From Tubiluchus corallicola (taxonomy: Eukaryota > Animalia > Priapulida): 64,000 nt of DNA. This document shows, one piece after another, positions 56,801 to 64,000 of the stretch (position 1 is the first letter of the stretch; every line of letters begins with the position of its first letter). The position numbers were made by a program, and so were the translations under genes. A model generated the notes under the pieces. That model was not told where the DNA came from and did no database searches. It worked only from the letters and a program-made list of their open reading frames with translations. The stretch is from assembly GCA_030141605.1 (NCBI GenBank), contig JAQGDQ010000277.1, positions 242,803-306,802 of the forward strand. The letters run 5' to 3'.

Positions 56801-59163
56801 AAAATAGAACACTGCCAAATTTTCCAATTCCCAGTGATGTTTGGTTACTGCACTAGTCCCCAAAGGACAGCGCAACCTGTTTTATTGTGGTTTTCACCTA
56901 CTTTGGGAGGATTAAGCAATAGCGATTACTACGAAATCCATTACAAATTACTGTAAAATTAATTAACATCTAGAGTGCACATGTAACTACCAAATTCCTT
57001 TAAAACCTCTGATTTGAAATCTGAACTAAAGCAGTCTTGAAAACCTACCAACTCGCTTTACAGAATACACAGTCGCTGAGTATCTAGAGTCACCAAACTT
57101 GTAGGGTAGACAGATCCCTAGGGTAGTGGCAAAGACAATGGTGTAGTGAACTTTGGCCTCGTTGTTCTCATGCTAATGTTTGTTGTTTTTAGTATGTGTG
57201 TGCAATGCCTAAAAGTCTTTTTGCTTAAACGCATTTTTTGCCTATGACGATTACACATCTTCCAAAAAATTAAATTGCACAGACTTAGACCTAGACACTT
57301 GTGAAAATTGTCAGTCATTTGTTTCCTGAATATTATTTTCGAATTTAGGTCCGTTTATTTTCTTGTAGTTGTACACTTTGTCATTGATTAATTAAGAATT
57401 CTCAACGAATTTGAAACGTCTCACCAATATACTCCATTAACTTTGATAGAGTTATTTAATATTCGTTTAGGATTTACTCCCAGTAAAAGTTTATTTTCTT
57501 GAACATGAATCTGAACAAACTAATGAGTGTCGAAATATTTGTTTTATTTTTGATTTAAACTATCCATTGACACATTGCTAGCTGCTTAGTTTTTTAATTT
57601 CCCGCACCGTCTAACTACCGTTGCATTCTGGCAAATAGGTCGTGTAATGGTGTCTGGGGTCACTCCATCGATCAGCTTCAAAAGAGCCGAGGGTAAAACT
57701 TGTAATCCATTGCACGTGCGACAAAGTAAGTTGCACGCTGCTGCCACTAGGTGGCAGTTATGATGTCTTACTAGAAACCCTAGTAACAATCGATTATTTA
57801 GCAAAACAGAAAAAATATTACATTAGACATCAGTAGTAAGTAAATAATTAACTATAGCATGTAACTATGATAACTAACCATCCTCTAACAATTGACTATA
57901 AATTATTAAATACATGTATATATAATAGAAAATTAGCACAAGGTTAACCTATTGTTGAAAAACCGCATGGTGCTGATTTACTCTCACGGAATAGTTGTGC
58001 ATAAAACGTCAACATGTAAAAAACAAAATGAAATTAAAGTTGGACTAACTGAAAATATCTCGCGAGAGATCTAATCCATTGTGTTCCATGCTGGCTGTCT
58101 TTACGGAACAGGCGCTGAGATTAAATACGCACCTGTATATCAGTCTATTCATCGATGAGATGAGGCCATTCCGCAACGGTGGTTTTATACTTGGTATTCA
58201 ACGTCACTATGTAATGGCTCAGTACGGATGAGTAAATCACAATGTAGAAGGGAGGGAGTGAAAAGTAAAGGACGTTTTGCGTGCCGTAACACTATTTAAA
58301 CTTAGAGCTTGCGTCATAGCAGTGTCGCCACCGGCGACTATTTGAGTGGATGATACTAACAGTAAGAGGATATGTTGTATTAATTTACCATTTTTGTTTG
58401 TAGGCAGATTTAAAACATGTAGTTGTAACAGGAGTACTTGTACACAAGCCTCTCTATTTATTCCTCTGAAACCTGAAATTTTTTGGTCACCTTTACTTTA
58501 TTGTTAGTAATGCGCGTGGCGCCATCCATTGGCAAGAGAATACAAACTGGTGTTCCTTTATTTGCATTTATTACAGAAATACCTGTTTCATTTGAAGAAT
58601 GTTAGAGTAATGGCTTGAACGAAGTATGAAATCAATGTTAACTGCCGCAACAAAGTAGCCCAATAAAGAGCTTAGCGCAAAAGCTTTTTGACTTCACTCT
58701 ATAAATGATCAATAGTCGATTGACCTTTACGAGCCGGAAGCTGATTTAAAACCAGTAACACAACTTCCTCCTTCTCCCAAGCATTTTTAACTCTCAAAGT
58801 AATTTCGATTTGTTAATGGTTTAAAAAACTATAGTGCTTAATGAAATTTTTAATGTTACCGTAAATCTACTAGGGTTTTTGAGCATTGAGAATGGGCCAC
58901 AACTGAACCCTGAGCAGCCTATGAGGATTAAATGTGATTGTATGATTTGTAATAAAGTCCATAAAGTTATTTCAGAAGCGATCGTGAAAGACGTAATGAT
59001 AGAAAATTACAGTTTAGTCCTTTGTTGAAGCCGTTTCATGTCAATAATCCAAGTGGAAAATGCGCCACAGTGGATAAGAGGGTTAAAATGTTCTTGTCTG
59101 TGAAATGGATCACAAATGTTTCTCTAAAAAGCACTAGCATTAAGGCAAAAGCTTTTTTGTTTA

Positions 59164-59164
59164 T

Positions 59165-59200
<36 letters not shown>

Positions 59201-59226
59201 TATATATATATATATATATATATATA
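59164..59226. repeat. Compound (CA)n/(TA)n microsatellite
   Basis: Direct inspection. Confidence 0.93.
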
Positions 59227-59899
59227 TTAATAAGTATATGCATAGCTGACACTCTAAAGAGCGATTTCTAAACGGTTTCAACTGCCTTCAGGTAGCTATT
59301 TACTTGTGGGAGATGTGGGCGTTCTGCGCGCTCGGAGTCTCTCTAGAGTCACATCCCTTGACCATGCTGCAACAATCATTTACGTTAATGCCTTCAGGGG
59401 CCCTTCACCGTTGACTGCTCGACTCGGACTGGCAAATACAGACCATACAAAAAAGTTCCAGATTGTTGTACAAAATTTAACCAAGTTTACATAAATGTTT
59501 ATCATACAAAGACTTCTTCCACGGTTATACGTCCTTTTGTGTGGTGTCATAGTATTTGCGTCTACCATAACGATTTTTCACCACAGCGATTGCCAGACTG
59601 GGTTTGAAAATCAGGTACATGAGTTCGTGTGCTTCCGTTTGCTTCTTCTGCATTACTACGTATCTTTTTCGTCTATTGCTCTCTTTCTTCCCGTTAATGG
59701 AATGCTTGATGCCGTGTGGTTTAATGTAGCTCTTGTCGTCATTTTCAGCAAAAACTATAGTTTTCGACACTGCAGTGTTCGATACAAAGAGAGGTTTATG
59801 AATTGTCGTACAAATGAACTTGACTTGATTGCAGTTTATTTATAGTCGATGTTCACAACAATAAAATATTGGTCAGCGGCTATTATAATCGATTGTATG

Positions 59900-60006
59900 T
59901 CGTTTCGCCAGTTATCATTTCACCAATCTATTTTTTCGCCAGTCTCTTTTTTCGCAGTGCACTTTTTCGCCAGTGCACTTTTTCGCCATTCTACTTTTTG
60001 CCAGTG
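59900..60006. repeat. ~15-bp tandem TTTTCGCCAGTG array (probable MITE arm)
   Basis: Repeated ttttcgccagt(g) units. Confidence 0.6.
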
Positions 60007-60719
60007 TAATCATGACTAACAATGACTTACCTATATATTTAGAAGTCACCATTGACATCTTAGGTATCGACACGGTTTAATTTAAAGGCTTTGTGAACGG
60101 AAGGTGTAGTCCTACAAAGGCGTACCATATATCATTGGATTCACAATGAAATGAAGAATCTGATGCTCGCAAGTCCAGTTTCTTTTAGCCAGAAAACGGC
60201 AATAAAAAGGATGTCCGATAGAAAATTTAACATTCAGAATCTGCTGTTATTTTCGTTTTCGCGATGTTTAGTTTCCGAGATACGCATCTCTTTGGAATAA
60301 CCCAAAAACTAGACAGAGCTACTCCACCAAGTTTGGCGTGCTTGTAGCTAGCCAAAGCTAGCACTTCAGCGCAGAATGCTATCTAATTTACAATTTCGGG
60401 TCGTGACCCTTTGACCAGAAAATCGACAAAATACGTCTATTTTTGAGAAGCGATTACTCCGACAAGAAGCGCCACCTGCCAAGATGGCGAAGAGTGGTGA
60501 TTATCCGATCAATTCCCTCTATTGAGCCACCGCCACAGGTCCTGTTTACATAGCGTTTAAAGGAAACCATGTCGATACCTGCTATATAAAAATGGTACCG
60601 ACATTGGTCCAGAAAAACGGCCGTAGCGTGGCAAGCCTGTTTCGGTAGCTACTGTGTGGCACATGGGTGTCATCGTGGTAGGGTTAGCGCTCAAAGGGTC
60701 ACGGCCCGAAATTGTACTT

Positions 60720-60900
60720 AACGTGTTGCAAACAAAGTGTCGACATTGAGAAACCAGCGAGGAGAGGCGCTGAAAGCATTTTCCATAGAAGTACCGACAG
60801 TAAGTGGTTTAACGTAGCAAGTGACCTTCGATAAGCAAGGGACTGTAGGGCTGACCCCCGATCAGATCCAACCAGATTCATAATATTGCTTTGCTCAACG
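60720..60900 (-). mobile_element. Degraded LINE ORF2 C-terminal fragment
   Basis: LQSLAYRRSLA followed after a frameshift by YCRYFYGKCFQRLSSLV, resembling the 'LQPLSHRRNVASLSLFYRYYFGRCSSEL' C-terminal motif of CR1/L2-group LINEs. Confidence 0.55.
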
Positions 60901-63729
60901 TGCCTGAATTTTTTTTCGCCTCGCTTGACAAAGTTGAAACGCTTGCCCATTATTTTAGCAAGCATGCTAATACAAACGTTCCATTATTTGCACCTAAACC
61001 CAATTATTCAGAATTTTCGTATCACCAACTGCGTATACCATACGACTGACTATATCTATAAATATAACATCTCTGTTTGATAGCCTTTAGTGTACATCCT
61101 CTTTCGTGACACCATTCCAGAAAGCGAGCTGCTATTACCACTAGGTTGAATAAAACGATTTTATATATGTAATAGCTTTATTACTGTTATACTTATTGTG
61201 TTGTTATCTATGTTTAGAGACAATGGTAACACGTCTCAACACCGAGTGCTCAAAGCTTCTCTGATTGATAAATATGTCTACTATAGCACGAATTCTCTAC
61301 TTAATTCAGGGTTTTCCAGAACATTTTTTCTGCATTAATATTAGGAGCTGGTCGTGATGTGTGCTTGGCTGTAACAGTTGAGCAGGACCGAGTTTAAAAA
61401 TTACGAGGCAATTATGACGTATTGATTTGGCTGCGCGCGACATTTGCAAAATTCGTGAAGGATATAAAGCAAGCCTAAGGTTGTTTTTAAATTGCCCAGT
61501 GTGTATAATCCTTTCTAGAGCAATTCTAGTACATTGTGTTGAATTCTGCTACCGTCTATTTATAAAGTAATTTTGAAATCCCAAGGGGGGTGAAATAAAT
61601 GAATAACCGAGATTAGAATCTTCCTTTCGAAGCAACTAGATATGTTTTAGAAGTTATTGAATGGATGAGAGTGGATCATAAAATATGTATATAACTAATG
61701 GATTTATCATATCTCAGACATGCGTCATTTTTCACCTTGATTCGCTTAAGATACAAATTTTTGCTGTGCTATTTTGTATCTTGAACGATATTGAAAATCT
61801 GAGTTCATTGACCCCACACTGTAACAAGTGAGAGTTATTATAGAATTAAATGCCAGTCACAAAAGTGAAGCTAGTCTGGGTGGAAACTGATTATATATTG
61901 AACACATATATGTATTTGGTATTAACTCTCCCAAAAATAACAAACATCTTCCGTCTCAGTTAAATTTTAGAAAGGCATAGAAAGTAAAAAATGTGATTCT
62001 GATTGGTTTCAAATCCACCAATTTCAAGAGACGCGTTTTCTGACACTAATTTGTCAGAATTAACTACGAATAAAATACCCCAAGTCTCAAAATTCCGGGA
62101 AAAATAATAAATTAATAAAAACAAACTTTCCCGTTTTGTTTTAAACTAAAAAAAATCATTAAGACAAAAAATGGGGGATATTTTCTTCTTACAGTTAATT
62201 TGGTCTTAAGTCTGGTAACCAGTGATTGTAAATTACCGTTTTGCTTGAAGCAAACCAATGACCAATTAAACTTTAATTAAAATAAAAGACAATTAGTACT
62301 CAGCGCTCCCTTCCGACAAAGATCGAAAACCATCTATAGACGTTCTAGAACAGACTGTGTGCTCTACTATAATGAGATGCTTTATCCCTCTTATGCTCTA
62401 ACAAACAGAAATTCGTGATACGTTACTGCAAGTAATTAATTCGTTACTGCAAACTTACAAAATGCCGATAAAGTTGTTTATAAAAATGGACAGTAATTAT
62501 AAGAAACAATTATCAAAGAGAGTGGGGCTTTAGCTGGTTTGTTGTTCAATTAAATCTAGAGTAATTATATGTTATCAAATCAGACACGAAGCCAAGTTTT
62601 ACACATTCTCCTGCATTTAATTAACATTGATCTCATGTTGAGAGAAAAAGAATGAAGGATGTTGGTTGAAATCGATAAAGTACAATCAACAGGAGCAGCA
62701 AAGTGTAGTCACAAATAGTGGACTAACATAAATTCTGCACTCAAAACCAGGCAAAGCAAATCTTCATGTTAGTAGATTCCCAGCGAACTACATTCATGGC
62801 ACCCCACACCCATCTATCGATTTTTTTTGAGAAAATAGGACAGACGTTTAAAGTTCGAAGAATAGCGTTCCAATTTAATGGTATCATTTCTCTGTTACCT
62901 CTTTTGAAAAATAAGTATAGGTACACCTAAACTTGCCCTTGAATTTTACGCAGTGTATGAAAAGAAACTTTTAGGTTGCATCTAAATATGACCATGAATT
63001 TTACGCAATCATCATTCATAAAGATTGTTGTTGTGAATAATTCCGTGGCCTGGGGAAACGCCAATGTTCATTTCACTACCTAGTCACGTATTTTTATACA
63101 GGTGCGTAAGATAACTTTCCTAGGTATTCTACGCGTTGCCATAGTTGTAATGTAAGTTGATAACATGTTGTTATTTGGGAGTTCATCTTCTCGTCTTAAC
63201 CTATTTTTCAAGGGCGCAAAAATGAATTTAAAATGACTTAGCGAGCGAGTTAAATCTACGAAGTGGAACCTGTTATATAAAACGACGGCGTAATAAACTT
63301 TAGGAATAGCTGAGCCTGTGTAATAACAATTAGTGATCAGTTTGGGATCAATCTACGTAAGGCATTTTTTTAATTTGTTTTTTAACTTACGTTGCTTTGG
63401 TCTTGTTCGCTTAAGAAAAATTTGAGAACTCGAAAGATTCTTTTCGTGCAAAGTGGCTTTTTTCATTTCGACGCAAATATGTACAGTAAACTGAATGATA
63501 GGTTGATTCGTCTATTTCAAGTTTAACTTATTTTTAGTTATACGAATTAATTTTGTGCAAATAGTACGAAGCAGCGAAAAAGCAACTGAAAGTAATACAT
63601 TTTTCAGTTGCGTTAACATTATTCTTTTTAAATCCCTTTCTTCGTTTTATTTTTTTGCAATTTCATTTTGCATGTCTTTTCCTTTTCTGATCTCTTACCC
63701 GTATCGTTTTCTTAACAGCATCACTGGAA

Positions 63730-63950
63730 CTACCATTGCCATCGCTATAACCACCAACACCACCATCACCGCCACCACCACCACCACCACCAAAACCACC
63801 ACCACCACCACCACCACACACCCTATCACCCCACCACACCATTAATAACACAACACACAAAGCACACCATCACCACATCAAATCCACCACCTCACGTGCT
63901 GATCATGATGTTGATGATGATGATGATGATGGTGGCAACGATGACGACAC
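63730..63950. repeat. (ACC)n / (GAT)n low-complexity tract
   Basis: Direct inspection. Confidence 0.85.
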
Positions 63951-64000
63951 CTATAGCACAAGCACCAACAGCACAGCATTACAACAAAACCATTCCAAAC

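Noticed and set aside
59495-59845. 116-aa hydrophobic ORF
   Set aside because: No recognisable domain or splice signals; overlapping ORFs on both strands suggest chance.

Overview
AT-rich, intron-rich animal genomic DNA, probably a marine invertebrate (the lineage cannot be fixed from sequence alone). Four spliced protein-coding genes can be reconstructed by hand. (1) A minus-strand secreted or cell-surface LRR protein (ATG 12623, runs off the left edge, at least ~1547 aa). It is built from at least five tandem modules (8-Cys N-cap, ~6 LRR strands, LRRCT, Thr-rich linker), with one symmetric phase-1 exon added per module. It includes a very recent ~3.15 kb tandem duplication with a chimeric exon, and arrays of duplicated 'decoy' splice acceptors that lead to stop codons. 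(2) A complete 19-exon USP20/USP33 deubiquitinase (minus, 35630-19193, ~913 aa). (3) A small plus-strand secreted protein with an isolated ZP-N-like domain and a Cys-rich EB/EGF-like module (40821 to ~45209). (4) An IGFBP-rP1/IGFBP7/KAZALD1-like IB-Kazal-Ig gene (minus, 53833 to ~49084). Intergenic and intronic DNA holds degraded LINE fragments, tRNA-derived SINE-like heads, hAT, Tc2-like and foldback MITEs, and microsatellites. The most novel-looking system is the exon-amplified modular LRR gene. All gene models are manual; no database searches were run.
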